Assembly: GCA_023144035.1 (NCBI GenBank)
Contig: JAGLGM010000003.1
Coordinates: forward strand, 15,876 to 79,875
DNA length: 64,000 nt
Direction of reading: 5' to 3'
From: Candidatus Pacearchaeota archaeon
GTDB taxonomy: Archaea > Nanobdellota > Nanobdellia > Pacearchaeales > GW2011-AR1
This document shows, in pieces, positions 36,001 through 45,441 of the stretch. The notes under the pieces are model-generated. The model saw nothing but the letters and a program-made list of their open reading frames with translations. It searched no databases and had not been told where the DNA came from. How positions within the stretch are numbered: position 1 is the first letter of the stretch; each line of letters opens with the position of its first letter. Made by a program: the position numbers and the translations under genes.

Positions 36001-36551
36001 TTAAAGATATTAAACAAGTTTTAATTGTAAAAAAAGATAGAGATTTTGTTGTAACTACTTTAGGAACAAATCTAAAAGAAATGATAAATATGAAAGAAGT
36101 TAATAAAGATAAATTAATTTCAAATGATTTTTATGAAATGGCTGATGTGTTTGGAATTGAATCTGCTCGTCAATTAATAATTAATGAAATTTCAGAAGTT
36201 CTTAAAAGTCAAGGATTAGATATTGATATAAGACATCTTAAATTAGTTGCAGATGCTATGACTAATTCTGGTGGAGTTAAAGGAGTTACAAGAATGGGTA
36301 TTATTGCTCTAAAATCTTCAATATTAGCAAGAGCTACTTTCGAAACTCCTGTTAAGCAATTTGTGAATGCTACTCTAAAAGGAAGCGGAGATAAATTAGC
36401 AAGTGTTATTGAAAATATTTTACTTAATCAACCAGTGCCAATTGGAACTGGTCTACCTGGACTTCTTGTTAAAGTTGTTGGACCTTTAATAAAAAAAGAG
36501 GAAGATAAGAAAAAAGCTAAAACAAAGGTTGTTGAAGAGGTCAACAAATAA
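33063..36551 (+). CDS. rpoA: RNA polymerase subunit A, apparently unsplit (A' and A'' regions in one 1162-aa ORF)
   Basis: Zinc motifs at N-terminus, NADFDGDEMN catalytic loop, then trigger-loop/A''-type region (AQSFGEASTQMVLRTFHMAGVA) in the same frame. Confidence 0.9.
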   Translation: MAKAVRKKIGEIKFSLISPDQIKKISSAKIVTPELYDIDGYPVDGGLMDLRLGAIDPGVRCRTCGGRLKECLGHPGSIDLARPVIHLKYIPLIEMCLRCFCHDCGKLMLEDKNLEKLAPSQRAKKAKDSKKCPHCQATQTKTKLDKPTNFFKGKTRIFPTEVRELLVNISNDELKKIGVDPDNCRPEWAVLTALLVPPVTVRPSIILESGERSEDDLTHKLSDIIRANQRLWENLNAGAPEVIIEDLWDLLQFHITTFFDNTTTRIPPARHRSGQPLKTITERIKGKEGRIRKNIAGKRVNYSGRTVISPDPYININEVGIPHEIARIVTVSEIVNDLNLEKLKDLVRQGETYPGANYVIRPDGKRKKITEELREEIISELSPGYQVERHLQNGDIVLFNRHPSLHRGSLMAHYVKVLPGRTFRLHPAAATPYNADFDGDEMNIHSPQTEEARAEAKILLDVKRNLMSPKNNTNLVGCIGDAITGNYLLGFNELSKEDTNQLLYKSGLDYSVSKKMVSGLEIFSKILPKVNFSNDSITIKDGEITKGVIDKTTFGDEDGDLVKELDKTVGRTETFETIKRAFNLGKNYLTDHGITTSVEDLDLDEKVIEAGEEIIKKAEKKTNELILSYNEGTLESIPGKTKEESREIKILQSLNEVRTKIGEIVKREFPASNPVNHMIKSGGGGNILNITQMASCVGQQALGNRRVDFGYTGRTLSFFQKGDLSPKSRGFIRNSFIKGLRPDEFFFQAITGRDSLMDTGLRTPKSGYLYRRLANALQDLRKEYDGTIRDSNNNIIQFKYGDDGLDVTKLHIKGELDSGEAIGIVTAQSFGEASTQMVLRTFHMAGVAEMQVTQGLPRIIEIFDARKKPSSPKMEVYLNKEFNNEKNAKIFAEKIKEVKLQEISSEIILDFGNKKIEIKIDDKGLKQTHASINKIVERLNEAGFKVKEKSNSIILNVAEFEFREIYKLKEKLKETIISGIKDIKQVLIVKKDRDFVVTTLGTNLKEMINMKEVNKDKLISNDFYEMADVFGIESARQLIINEISEVLKSQGLDIDIRHLKLVADAMTNSGGVKGVTRMGIIALKSSILARATFETPVKQFVNATLKGSGDKLASVIENILLNQPVPIGTGLPGLLVKVVGPLIKKEEDKKKAKTKVVEEVNK

Positions 36552-36598
36552 TTATTTACTATATAAATCTTTAAAAAGTATAAATAGAAATTTATTCT

Positions 36599-36799
36599 AT
36601 GGAAGATTTTATTATAAATCCTATTAAGGTAGATTTTAATCCTGAAAAAATTACTGACTTGGAAGTTAGAGAAGTTTTTGCTGATGAGAGGGCAAGAACT
36701 CTTTGGTTAGCAATTAAACCACGGCATTTAACAGACCAATATTTTAATAGAAATTGTTTAAGTGCTGGAAAAAGTATTAAAAAAGGAATTGATAATTAA
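36599..36799 (+). CDS. Hypothetical small protein at the position where L30e normally sits (not L30e-like)
   Basis: ORF track only. Confidence 0.3.
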   Translation: MEDFIINPIKVDFNPEKITDLEVREVFADERARTLWLAIKPRHLTDQYFNRNCLSAGKSIKKGIDN

Positions 36800-36967
36800 A
36801 CTCAATTAGAAACTCTTCTTCTTTTTAATTTTGAACATAACTATAGTAAAGAATTTATAAATGAATTATTCCCCTATGTTACTGGGCAAAAAACTTTAGA
36901 ATATGAAGTTATTCAGAAATAATCGACGATAAAAAGGTTTAAAAACTAACCACTTCTAATCAGAATA

Positions 36968-37390
36968 TTGAAAATGGTGAACACTATTGATATGCAAGAT
37001 ATGAGATATTTAAATCTCTTCGGTAAAATTACAAGAATTAGTACAAGATATTGTTTCAAATATAATGAAGCTCTTATTTTTTGTGTTCCTAAAAGATTAA
37101 TTTCTCAAGCATTTGGTGAAAATGCAAAAAATGCAAAGCAAATGAGCCAAATATTAAATAAAAGAATAAAAATTATTGGTCTTCCAAAAGATGTAAAAGA
37201 TGCTAAATCATTTATTGCCGCTATTGTTAGCCCTGTTAGATTCAAAGAATTAGAAATTACTCCAAATGAAATAATCTTAACTGCAGGAAGTCAAAGTAAA
37301 GCAGCTTTAATTGGAAGAAATAAAAGAAGACTTCTAGAAATGCAAAAGATAATTAAAGATTTCTTCAAAAGAGACTTTAGAATAGTATAA
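36968..37390 (+). CDS. nusA: Archaeal NusA-like KH-domain protein
   Basis: KH motifs …[15 protein letters not shown]…; conserved position before rps12. Confidence 0.7.
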   Translation: MKMVNTIDMQDMRYLNLFGKITRISTRYCFKYNEALIFCVPKRLISQAFGENAKNAKQMSQILNKRIKIIGLPKDVKDAKSFIAAIVSPVRFKELEITPNEIILTAGSQSKAALIGRNKRRLLEMQKIIKDFFKRDFRIV

Positions 37391-37431
37391 GAAATGTTTA
37401 TAAATCAATTTTCTCTCGATTAATTATTAAC

Positions 37432-37854
37432 ATGGGACTTAAATCAGCAACAAAAAGTATAAAAAATAGAAAAAAATTCCGATGGAAAGATCGGAAATAT
37501 AAAGTTAGAACTCTAAATCTTTATGCTAAATCAGATCCTTTAGAAGGAGCTAACCAAGCAAAAGGAATTGTTTTACAAAAAGTTCAGAAAGAAGCAAAGC
37601 AACCAAACTCAGCAATGAGAAAATGTTGCAAAGTTCAACTAAAGAAAAATGGTAAGCAAGTTACTGCTTTTATTCCTGGAAACTTAGCGCAAAAATTTGT
37701 TGATGAACACGACGAAGTTATGATTGAAAGAATTGGGGGAAAGCAAGGAAGAAGTAAAGGAGATATTCCAGGTGTTCGATTTCAAGTTATTCAAGTAAAT
37801 GATCAACCTTTAGCACGATTAGTTCGTGGTAAGATTGAAAAAGGTAGAAGATAA
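37432..37854 (+). CDS. rps12: Ribosomal protein S12
   Basis: [28 protein letters not shown]. Confidence 0.9.
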   Translation: MGLKSATKSIKNRKKFRWKDRKYKVRTLNLYAKSDPLEGANQAKGIVLQKVQKEAKQPNSAMRKCCKVQLKKNGKQVTAFIPGNLAQKFVDEHDEVMIERIGGKQGRSKGDIPGVRFQVIQVNDQPLARLVRGKIEKGRR

Positions 37855-38179
37855 AATGGCTAAGAAATTATATATTCCAGAAGATAAAAGAATTGCTAAT
37901 TTAAATGAAATAAATAATACTCGTGAAAGATATAAATTAAAGAGTGAAAAATATTTGGAAATATTAGAATATGTTAAAGGAATTAAAGGATTAACTATTA
38001 ATGAAGGAGAAATTCTTTCTACTTTTGAAGGTGTAGAAGGTCAAGGAAGAATAGATTTTGTAAGACTTCCTAAAAATACAAATGGAAATATAGGTTATGA
38101 TAAAAACATGAAATTTTCTGAAGATAATAAATTAAATGAGGAAATCCATAAAGGTCTTGTGGATTTATTAAATGAATAA
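37826..38179 (+). CDS. Hypothetical protein inserted between rps12 and rps7; start probably at 37856 (MAKKL…)
   Basis: ORF track; no recognisable motif. Confidence 0.4.
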   Translation: MVRLKKVEDKMAKKLYIPEDKRIANLNEINNTRERYKLKSEKYLEILEYVKGIKGLTINEGEILSTFEGVEGQGRIDFVRLPKNTNGNIGYDKNMKFSEDNKLNEEIHKGLVDLLNE

Positions 38180-38810
38180 AATGGAAGAGCAAATTCAAAC
38201 ATTAAAATCAGAAAAAATAAATTTTAAAATATTTGATTTATATGATATCACTGAAATAAAAGTAGAAGATCCTGGGTTAAAAAATACAATTAATCTTGAA
38301 CCTAAATTAGTTTTGAAAGATTATGGAAGAAATTTTCAAAAGTTTGGGCAATTAAAAGTAAATATTGTTGAAAGATTGATGAATCGAGTTGCTGTTGCAG
38401 GACATAGAGGGAAAAAACATAAAATAATTGTTGGAAGAGCAACAGGAAAATATACAAGGAATATGAATATTGTTCTTAAAGCATTTAAATTAGTTGAAAA
38501 AAGAACAAATCAAAATCCTGTTAAAGTATTTGTTAAAGCAATTGAAAACTCTGCTCCAAAAGATGAAGTTACTGTTATTGAATATGGAGGAGCAAGATAT
38601 CCTCAAGCAGTTGATGTATCGCCTTTAAGAAGAGTTAACTTAGCTTTAAAGCATATTGTTCATGGATCTTCAGATAAATCTTTTAATAAAAAGAAAAGTT
38701 ATTCTCAAGCATTAGCAGAAGAAATTATTATGGCTTCTGAAGAAAATGGTGAAAGCTTTGCAATTAAAAAGAAAAAAGAAAGCGAGGCTCAAGCTGACTC
38801 AGCGCGATAA
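38172..38810 (+). CDS. rps7: Ribosomal protein S7
   Basis: …RVAVAGHRGKKHKIIVGRATGKYTRNM…AIENSAPKDEV… is S7-like. Confidence 0.85.
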   Translation: MNKMEEQIQTLKSEKINFKIFDLYDITEIKVEDPGLKNTINLEPKLVLKDYGRNFQKFGQLKVNIVERLMNRVAVAGHRGKKHKIIVGRATGKYTRNMNIVLKAFKLVEKRTNQNPVKVFVKAIENSAPKDEVTVIEYGGARYPQAVDVSPLRRVNLALKHIVHGSSDKSFNKKKSYSQALAEEIIMASEENGESFAIKKKKESEAQADSAR

Positions 38811-38862
38811 TAACTTTTAGAAAACAATAATTCTTATAAATCTTATTTTAACTTATTCTTAT

Positions 38863-39168
38863 ATGTCAAAAGAAAAATCAAGAGAAACTACAAAAATTTA
38901 TAATAAAAAACATAGTATTCCAAAGTGTATGGTTCCTTTTTTAGATGCTTTAGAATTTATAAAATATGTTGAAAGAATTGGTCTTGGTTCTTATAGAAAA
39001 ATAAAATCAAATGAATCAACTTTAGATTTGAAAGGATATGATGAATTAAAACATTCTTATAAAGTAATTATAAGACATAATCATTTTCAGCAGGAATTTA
39101 TTTTAAGTGTAAATAAAGATAAAAAAGATATCTTCAAAAAAGTGTTGGAAAATTACCTCGGAGATTAA
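38863..39168 (+). CDS. Hypothetical protein between rps7 and aEF-2
   Basis: ORF track only. Confidence 0.4.
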   Translation: MSKEKSRETTKIYNKKHSIPKCMVPFLDALEFIKYVERIGLGSYRKIKSNESTLDLKGYDELKHSYKVIIRHNHFQQEFILSVNKDKKDIFKKVLENYLGD

Positions 39169-39213
39169 CTCCTGCAAAACTTTATAAACTATTTTTTAAA
39201 TTAACTTATATAC

Positions 39214-41394
39214 ATGGCAACAGAAGAAGATTTTGTAAAATTAATGAAAGAACAAGACAAAATTAGAAATATAGCAATTGCTGCACATATTGATCATGGT
39301 AAAACTACTTTCTCTGATAATTTGCTTTTAGGAGCAGGAATGATGTCACAAGAAGAAGCTGGAAAAGCTTTGAAACTTGATTTTCACGAGGATGAATCTT
39401 CAAGAGGAATTACTATTGATTCTGCATCTGTAAGTATGATTCATAATGTTGGTGGAGAAGATCATTTAATTAATTTAATTGATACGCCAGGGCATGTTGA
39501 TTTTGGTGGAGATGTTACAAGAGCTATGAGGGCTGTTGATGGTTGTATTGTTTTATCATGTGCTGTAGAAGGTGTAATGCCTCAAACAGAAACAGTTTTA
39601 AGACAAGCTTTAAAAGAATTAGTAAAACCTGTTTTATTCATAAATAAAGTTGACAGATTAATCAAAGAAGTTAAACTAACTCCTCAAGAAATGGAAAAAA
39701 AATTCCTTTCTATTATTGAACATATTAATGAATTAATTGAAAACATTGCTCCTGAAGGATATAAAGAAAAATGGAAAGTAGGTGTTGGAGAAGGAAGTGT
39801 TGCTTTTGGTTCTGCATTTCATAATTGGGCTTTGAGTTTCCCATATATGAAGAAAAAAGGATTAACTTTCAAAGATATAATTGATGCTTACAGTGAAGAA
39901 GATGAAAATAAACTAAAACAAAATATTAAAGAATTAGCTGAAAAAGCACCATTACATGAAGTTGTTTTAGAGATGAGTGTTAAACATCATCCAAATCCTG
40001 TTGATGCTCAAAAATATAGAATCCCTAAACTATGGCATGGAGAACATGATTCTGAAGTTGGAAAATCATTAATAAATTGTAATCCTAACGGACCTCCTGT
40101 TTTTATGCCTATTAAAATTGTAGTTGATAAACATGCAGGTGAAGTTGCTGCAGGAAGATTATTTTCAGGAACTATAAAACAAGGTGACGAAGTTTATATG
40201 AATCTTGCAAAAAGAAATGTTAGAGCACAGCAAGTTTCTGTTTACAAAGGTGCACAAAGAATGATTGTTAATGAAGTTAGTGCTGGAAATATTGTTGGAA
40301 TTGTTGGATTAAAAGATACTTTTGCAGGTGAAACAGTTAGTAAAGAACCAATGGAACCTTTAGAAGCAATTAAACATTTGTTTGATCCTGTTGTTACAAA
40401 ATCAATTGAAGCTAAAAAAGCAGCTGACCTTCCTAGATTAGTTGAAGTCTTAAAACAAGTTGGAAAAGAAGACCCTTCTATTAAAATTGAAATTAATGAA
40501 CAAACAGGAGAAAGTTTAATGTCTGGTATGGGAGAATTACACTTAGAAATTATAGAAAATAGAATTAAAACTGAAAAAGGTTTAGATGTTAAAACTTCTG
40601 CTCCTATTATTGTATATAGAGAAACAGTTACAAAAGCTTCTGAAACAAAAGAAGGAAGAAGTCCAAATAAACATAATAGTTTCTATATTAAACTTGAACC
40701 TTTAGAAGATAATATTTATGAAGCAATTAGAAGCGGAGTTTTGCCAGAAGGAAGAGTAAAGAAAAAAAGTACTGCTGTTGCAGAAGTTTTATCAGGACTA
40801 GGTTGGAGTGGAGATCAAATTAGAAATGTTAGAAATGTTTACAAAGGAAATGTTTTCTTAGATGAAACACGAGGAGAAGTTCATATTGGGGAAGTTATTG
40901 AAATGGTTTTAGATGCTTTTGAAATGGTTATGGATGCTGGTCCTTTAGCACGTGAACCATGTATGAAAGTAAAAGCTTCATTAATGGATATTAGACTTCA
41001 CGAAGATGCTATTCACAGAGGTCCTGCACAAGTTTATCCTGCTGTAAGAGAAGGTGTAACAGAAGCTATTAAAACTGCTGGTGCTGCTCTTTTTGAACCA
41101 TTACAAGTTCATGTTATTGAAGCTCCTGATAAATTTACAGGAGTAATGACAAAATTAGTTGGAAGTAAAAGAGGACAAATGATTGATATGTCACAAGAAG
41201 GAACACTTTCAAAAGTAAAGGCAAAGATTCCTGTGGCTGAAATGCTTGGATGGTCAAATGATCTTAGGTCTGCAACAGAAGGTAGAGGAACATCTTCAAT
41301 CTTAGAACAAGATTTTGAAAGAATTCCAACAAATCTACAAGCAACTGTTATAAAGAAAATAAGAGATAGAAAAGGTTTAGCTGTTAATCAGTAA
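39214..41394 (+). CDS. fusA: Translation elongation factor 2 (aEF-2)
   Basis: AHIDHGKTT, DTPGHVDF, NKVDR G-motifs; diphthamide-region HRGPAQ. Confidence 0.95.
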   Translation: MATEEDFVKLMKEQDKIRNIAIAAHIDHGKTTFSDNLLLGAGMMSQEEAGKALKLDFHEDESSRGITIDSASVSMIHNVGGEDHLINLIDTPGHVDFGGDVTRAMRAVDGCIVLSCAVEGVMPQTETVLRQALKELVKPVLFINKVDRLIKEVKLTPQEMEKKFLSIIEHINELIENIAPEGYKEKWKVGVGEGSVAFGSAFHNWALSFPYMKKKGLTFKDIIDAYSEEDENKLKQNIKELAEKAPLHEVVLEMSVKHHPNPVDAQKYRIPKLWHGEHDSEVGKSLINCNPNGPPVFMPIKIVVDKHAGEVAAGRLFSGTIKQGDEVYMNLAKRNVRAQQVSVYKGAQRMIVNEVSAGNIVGIVGLKDTFAGETVSKEPMEPLEAIKHLFDPVVTKSIEAKKAADLPRLVEVLKQVGKEDPSIKIEINEQTGESLMSGMGELHLEIIENRIKTEKGLDVKTSAPIIVYRETVTKASETKEGRSPNKHNSFYIKLEPLEDNIYEAIRSGVLPEGRVKKKSTAVAEVLSGLGWSGDQIRNVRNVYKGNVFLDETRGEVHIGEVIEMVLDAFEMVMDAGPLAREPCMKVKASLMDIRLHEDAIHRGPAQVYPAVREGVTEAIKTAGAALFEPLQVHVIEAPDKFTGVMTKLVGSKRGQMIDMSQEGTLSKVKAKIPVAEMLGWSNDLRSATEGRGTSSILEQDFERIPTNLQATVIKKIRDRKGLAVNQ

Positions 41395-42304
41395 ATCCAA
41401 AGCTTTCTAAATTATCTTTTAATGTTTTAATTAAAAAAGGAAAAATTAATGAATAATCTTCATCATTTGATTTTCTTACTGCCTTTAAATATTGTTGACG
41501 TTGTTTTTTATAGATATTAATCCAAGGATAATCTTTTTTATTTAATAAAAAGTTCATAATAAGTCGTGAAACCCTTCCATTACCATCAATAAAAGGATGA
41601 ATTGTAACAAATTTCAGAGATACTAAAGTTGCTAATTCTAATGAGTGATATTTTGTTTTATTTTTTTTATACCAATAAACTAAATTCTTAATTAATTGAG
41701 GAACTTTTTCTGAAGTAGGAAATCTAACATTGCTTCCAAAAATTTTAACTTGTGTTTCTCTATATCTTCCTGCAAATCTTTCAGATATTTCTTTTAAAAT
41801 AATTAAATGTAATTTTAAAATAAAATTCTCACTAAAATCTCCTTTATAATTTTTAATAAATTCTAATGCTTTTATGTGGTTTTTTGCTTCATAAATTTCT
41901 CTTAATGTTTTTCCTTCAGGTGAAAGATTCTCATTTACTACTAATGAAGTTTCTTCTAAAGATAAAGAATTACCTTCAATTGCGTTACTATTATAAGTTA
42001 ATTCAGTAAAGAAAGAATTTTCAAGTCTTTCGAATTCTTCTTGGTTTAATTTTTTTATTTTCTCATTAAAAACTTTCTTATTTTTTTCTATCTCTTTTAT
42101 CTGTTCTTTAGTTAAGAAGAGATACTTTTTTTCTGTAATTAATTCTTCTTCAAATTTTTCTTTTAATTCTGAAACTTTGCTTTTTGATATATTTCCTACC
42201 CCTATAAACTTGCTTTTTTTTGACCATTTATTTTTTTCCCTTCTATTATAAATAAGATAATTCTTTTTATTCCCTTTAATATTTCTTATTTCATGATATA
42301 CCAT
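41384..42304 (-). CDS. Fic-family protein (AMPylator type) with intrinsic inhibitory motif
   Basis: HPFIDGNGRVSRL Fic motif; SNAIEGN matches the (S/T)xxxE(G/N) inhibitory helix; convergent with fusA, overlapping by 11 nt. Confidence 0.8.
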   Translation of the reverse strand: MVYHEIRNIKGNKKNYLIYNRREKNKWSKKSKFIGVGNISKSKVSELKEKFEEELITEKKYLFLTKEQIKEIEKNKKVFNEKIKKLNQEEFERLENSFFTELTYNSNAIEGNSLSLEETSLVVNENLSPEGKTLREIYEAKNHIKALEFIKNYKGDFSENFILKLHLIILKEISERFAGRYRETQVKIFGSNVRFPTSEKVPQLIKNLVYWYKKNKTKYHSLELATLVSLKFVTIHPFIDGNGRVSRLIMNFLLNKKDYPWINIYKKQRQQYLKAVRKSNDEDYSLIFPFLIKTLKDNLESFGFTD

Positions 42305-42388
42305 AAAAGATTATGTGGGCACATCTTTATAAACCTTTTTATTTGTGCCCATATTGATTTCTTAAAAATTACTAATAAACAAATTAAT

Positions 42389-43192
42389 CTAAATCAAAAC
42401 ACTAACCATCATTAAAATTGCAAAGATTAATACAAACCATCCAAAATTAATCTTCTTTGATAACTTCATTAAAATTGCTATTGTCAAAAGTCCAAAAACA
42501 AATGAAGCTAAAATTCCAAAGATTGCTGTGCTTGAGAAAACAACATCTCCTACATTAAGAAAAAGATTCCCTAATAAAATAATTGGAAGACTTAATAAAA
42601 AACTTAAACGAAGGGCAGTTGTGTCATCAAACTTTTTTAATAATAAAGTTGAAACAGTTATTCCTGAACGAGAGATTCCTGGAAGTGCTGAAACTCCTTG
42701 AACAAATCCAAGCAAAATAGAATCTTTATTTTTAATCTCTCTTTCTTTTCTCAATCCTTTTGATTTTGCTTTTAATTGTAAAATTCCTGTAAATAATAAA
42801 AGAAGTCCTATTGCAAAAGTAATTGTTTTTCCTGTGATTACTAATTGGTCTTGAAAGTTTTTTAACCCTATTAAGATTCCTAAACCAACTATTCCACTAA
42901 TTATCGTCGCTATTAATAAAAATTTAAATATTTCTTGATTTTCTGGACTTGCTTTTTTAAATTTAAACAAGGTTTTTATTAGAGCATAAACATCTTTTCT
43001 AAAATAAATTAATGCTGCAAAGAAAGTTCCTATATGAAAAAATAATGCTGTTTCAATTAAAACTCCTATATTAGTAATTCCAAAAAAGTTTGCCATAATT
43101 AATGTCAAAAAAGCACTTGAACTTACAGGTAACCATTCTGTTATTCCTTGAACTATTCCTAAAATTAATTGTTGAATTATTGTTAATTCCAT
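42389..43192 (-). CDS. uppP: Undecaprenyl-diphosphatase (UppP/BacA)
   Basis: Eight-TM profile; PGISRSGITVS motif. Confidence 0.85.
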   Translation of the reverse strand: MELTIIQQLILGIVQGITEWLPVSSSAFLTLIMANFFGITNIGVLIETALFFHIGTFFAALIYFRKDVYALIKTLFKFKKASPENQEIFKFLLIATIISGIVGLGILIGLKNFQDQLVITGKTITFAIGLLLLFTGILQLKAKSKGLRKEREIKNKDSILLGFVQGVSALPGISRSGITVSTLLLKKFDDTTALRLSFLLSLPIILLGNLFLNVGDVVFSSTAIFGILASFVFGLLTIAILMKLSKKINFGWFVLIFAILMMVSVLI

Positions 43193-43294
43193 AAAGATAG
43201 AAAGTTTGGTAATTAATAAATTTAACTTAAAAACTATGGCGCTTACGCCGCCGTCTAGGATAGTAATGAATATTCTTGGGGGGAATTTTTAAAA

Positions 43295-44485
43295 TTAAAA
43301 AAGAATATCAAGTCCATTCTCTTTTCTTTCATTCTCTTCTTTCTTCAACCTTATTGTATTTTTTCTCCTTTCAATTCCTCTTTGTTTATTTTCTTCTTTT
43401 AACATCTTTAGAATATTGTTATGAGGAACTTGATTTCTATGGGTAATTCTTGTATTATATTCCCTTAAAAATTCAAAATTTGTCCAACCTTTTTTTTGGG
43501 CTTCAACTATAAGTTCTGTTTCTAAAACTGCACGTTCATATCTCTTAAAAGTTTTTTCATTTTTATAAATAAAATTTTCATTATTTCCAAAAAAAGCATT
43601 ATAGTCTAATTTTCTCCAATTTCTTCTTCTTATAGCTTCAGAAGTTAAGATTACATCGGTTAGGGAATATGTTGATTTTTTTTCTTGTTCTGGATGCTTC
43701 CAGCATTTTTTCCCAAAATAGTTATTAGGATTTAATATTCTTGAGAAATGTTCAAAATCTAAAAAGTATTTTTCTCCTTTTTTAATCCACCTAAAAGAAG
43801 GATTTTTAGAATGGATTCTGTATGCTTCATGGGGATATAAAAAACCCTTTTCTTGATTAAAATTGCGTGTATTTTCAGGATGATATTCTGGATAAGCTTT
43901 CCATAAATCTTCAAAGGAATCAAATTTAAAATTTTGTGAATCGAATTGAACAACTTCTACTTCCAAAATTTCATTCACTTTTGTACAATTAAAATCTTCT
44001 TTTGTAACTTCTTTATTTAGAATTTTTCTAATAATAAAAGAATTTTTTTTGTTTTTGTATTTATCTGGGATTTGAATCTCTGTAAAATGGCCTTGCCAAA
44101 CATATTCTCCCACGTTATGCCCTTTAAAAAGATTTTCTTCAAATTCAGATAAATCTATCGATTCATATTGCATTTCAGTTTTTCCTACACTCTGATGAGA
44201 TTTTTCAATAACATTATAAAAATTTTTCCGAATTAATTCTCTTTTTGAAGAATATTTATATTCTTCATCCCAATATTTTTCCTTATTTTCTAAATATTGT
44301 TTGGTATGTTCCAAATTAAATAATCTTGAAAACCCATGAAGTCCAGAATTTAACTCCTCTCCGATTCCTAATGGGCCTCTTAATTTTATTTTATCAAATT
44401 TGTCTAAGACTTCTTCTTTTGTAAGTCCTTTTGGATTTTCATACATTGTTGCAACAACAACAAGCATGTCAGTTGGAGCCCCCAT
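43295..44485 (-). CDS. Hypothetical protein (396 aa)
   Basis: ORF track only. Confidence 0.45.
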   Translation of the reverse strand: MGAPTDMLVVVATMYENPKGLTKEEVLDKFDKIKLRGPLGIGEELNSGLHGFSRLFNLEHTKQYLENKEKYWDEEYKYSSKRELIRKNFYNVIEKSHQSVGKTEMQYESIDLSEFEENLFKGHNVGEYVWQGHFTEIQIPDKYKNKKNSFIIRKILNKEVTKEDFNCTKVNEILEVEVVQFDSQNFKFDSFEDLWKAYPEYHPENTRNFNQEKGFLYPHEAYRIHSKNPSFRWIKKGEKYFLDFEHFSRILNPNNYFGKKCWKHPEQEKKSTYSLTDVILTSEAIRRRNWRKLDYNAFFGNNENFIYKNEKTFKRYERAVLETELIVEAQKKGWTNFEFLREYNTRITHRNQVPHNNILKMLKEENKQRGIERRKNTIRLKKEENERKENGLDILF

Positions 44486-44596
44486 AAAAAATCTATAAAG
44501 TGATAGCTTAAAAAGATTATTGTGATTAATTTAAAAATTCCAGATGTTCTGTAATAGGAGAACCCCCACTCCAGAAGATTAAAAATATTTTTATAA

Positions 44597-44857
44597 TTAT
44601 CTATATTTCAAAGTTAGAAATAAAACTGTTGTTGTTCCAAAACATGCTATTAAAAAACTTATAATCACAGGCCATTCTTGTAAAATTAATCCATAAGCTA
44701 ACCAAACATATGCTCCGATTGTAAAAACTAAAATAAATATCAAGCTAATATCTTTAGCACTTTTTCTTTTGTAAATTTTATAGGCTTGAGAAAAATGACT
44801 AAGACTCATAATTATCCCTGTAATACTTGCTAAAATACTTACAATTGTTAATAACAT
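44597..44857 (-). CDS. PQ-loop / SemiSWEET-like 3-TM membrane protein
   Basis: SQAYKIYKRKSAKDISL (PQ-loop-like) between TM helices; about 86 aa. Confidence 0.45.
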   Translation of the reverse strand: MLLTIVSILASITGIIMSLSHFSQAYKIYKRKSAKDISLIFILVFTIGAYVWLAYGLILQEWPVIISFLIACFGTTTVLFLTLKYR

Positions 44858-44934
44858 AATTGGTAAAATAAAACTAAGTTATTAAATATTTTGAATTTCA
44901 TTAAATTTATAAGTAGTCTAAGTATTGAAATTTT

Positions 44935-45369
44935 ATGGACTTACAAACCAATGAATATAGGAAAAAATTAGAATTAATGGTTTCTGAAAAATATGGTTGT
45001 GATAGTAAATTAGAAGGGTTAGAAGGAATTGAACTCATTGAAAAAAGAGATTTTCAGAAAGATTCGATGAAAGGTTTTAATTGCTTTGTTTATTTCTTTG
45101 GACTTGGAAATAATATTCCTTTTGATTTAGAAACATATTCATTTTGGTCACCTACAAAAGGATATTCTGAAGTTGAAATTCCAGAAAGAAAGGATATGGT
45201 TTTGTATATTGATACTAAATTAGAAAAAGAACCTTCTCACATTGGATTTTATGAGGGTGAAAATAAAGTTAGGTCAAAATGGGCTTTTGGAAATATCTAC
45301 ATGCATGAATTAAATTTGGTTCCAGAATGTTACGGCGATACTATTAAATTTTTTAAAAAAGATAATTGA
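44935..45369 (+). CDS. Hypothetical protein, possible NlpC/P60-like Cys-His fold
   Basis: Cys (GFNCFVYF) then His (SHIGFY, YMHEL) in order. Confidence 0.3.
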   Translation: MDLQTNEYRKKLELMVSEKYGCDSKLEGLEGIELIEKRDFQKDSMKGFNCFVYFFGLGNNIPFDLETYSFWSPTKGYSEVEIPERKDMVLYIDTKLEKEPSHIGFYEGENKVRSKWAFGNIYMHELNLVPECYGDTIKFFKKDN

Positions 45370-45441
45370 AATTCTGAACAAATTTTTTTTAAAAATTCCT
45401 TAAGCAAAAAGTTTATAAAGTAAATTTTAGTAAAGTTAATT

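Noticed and set aside
43230-43255. GC-rich hairpin ggcgcttacgcc between two minus-strand genes, as a possible ncRNA
   Set aside because: Only a 4-bp stem; more likely a simple terminator or operator. Too little to call.
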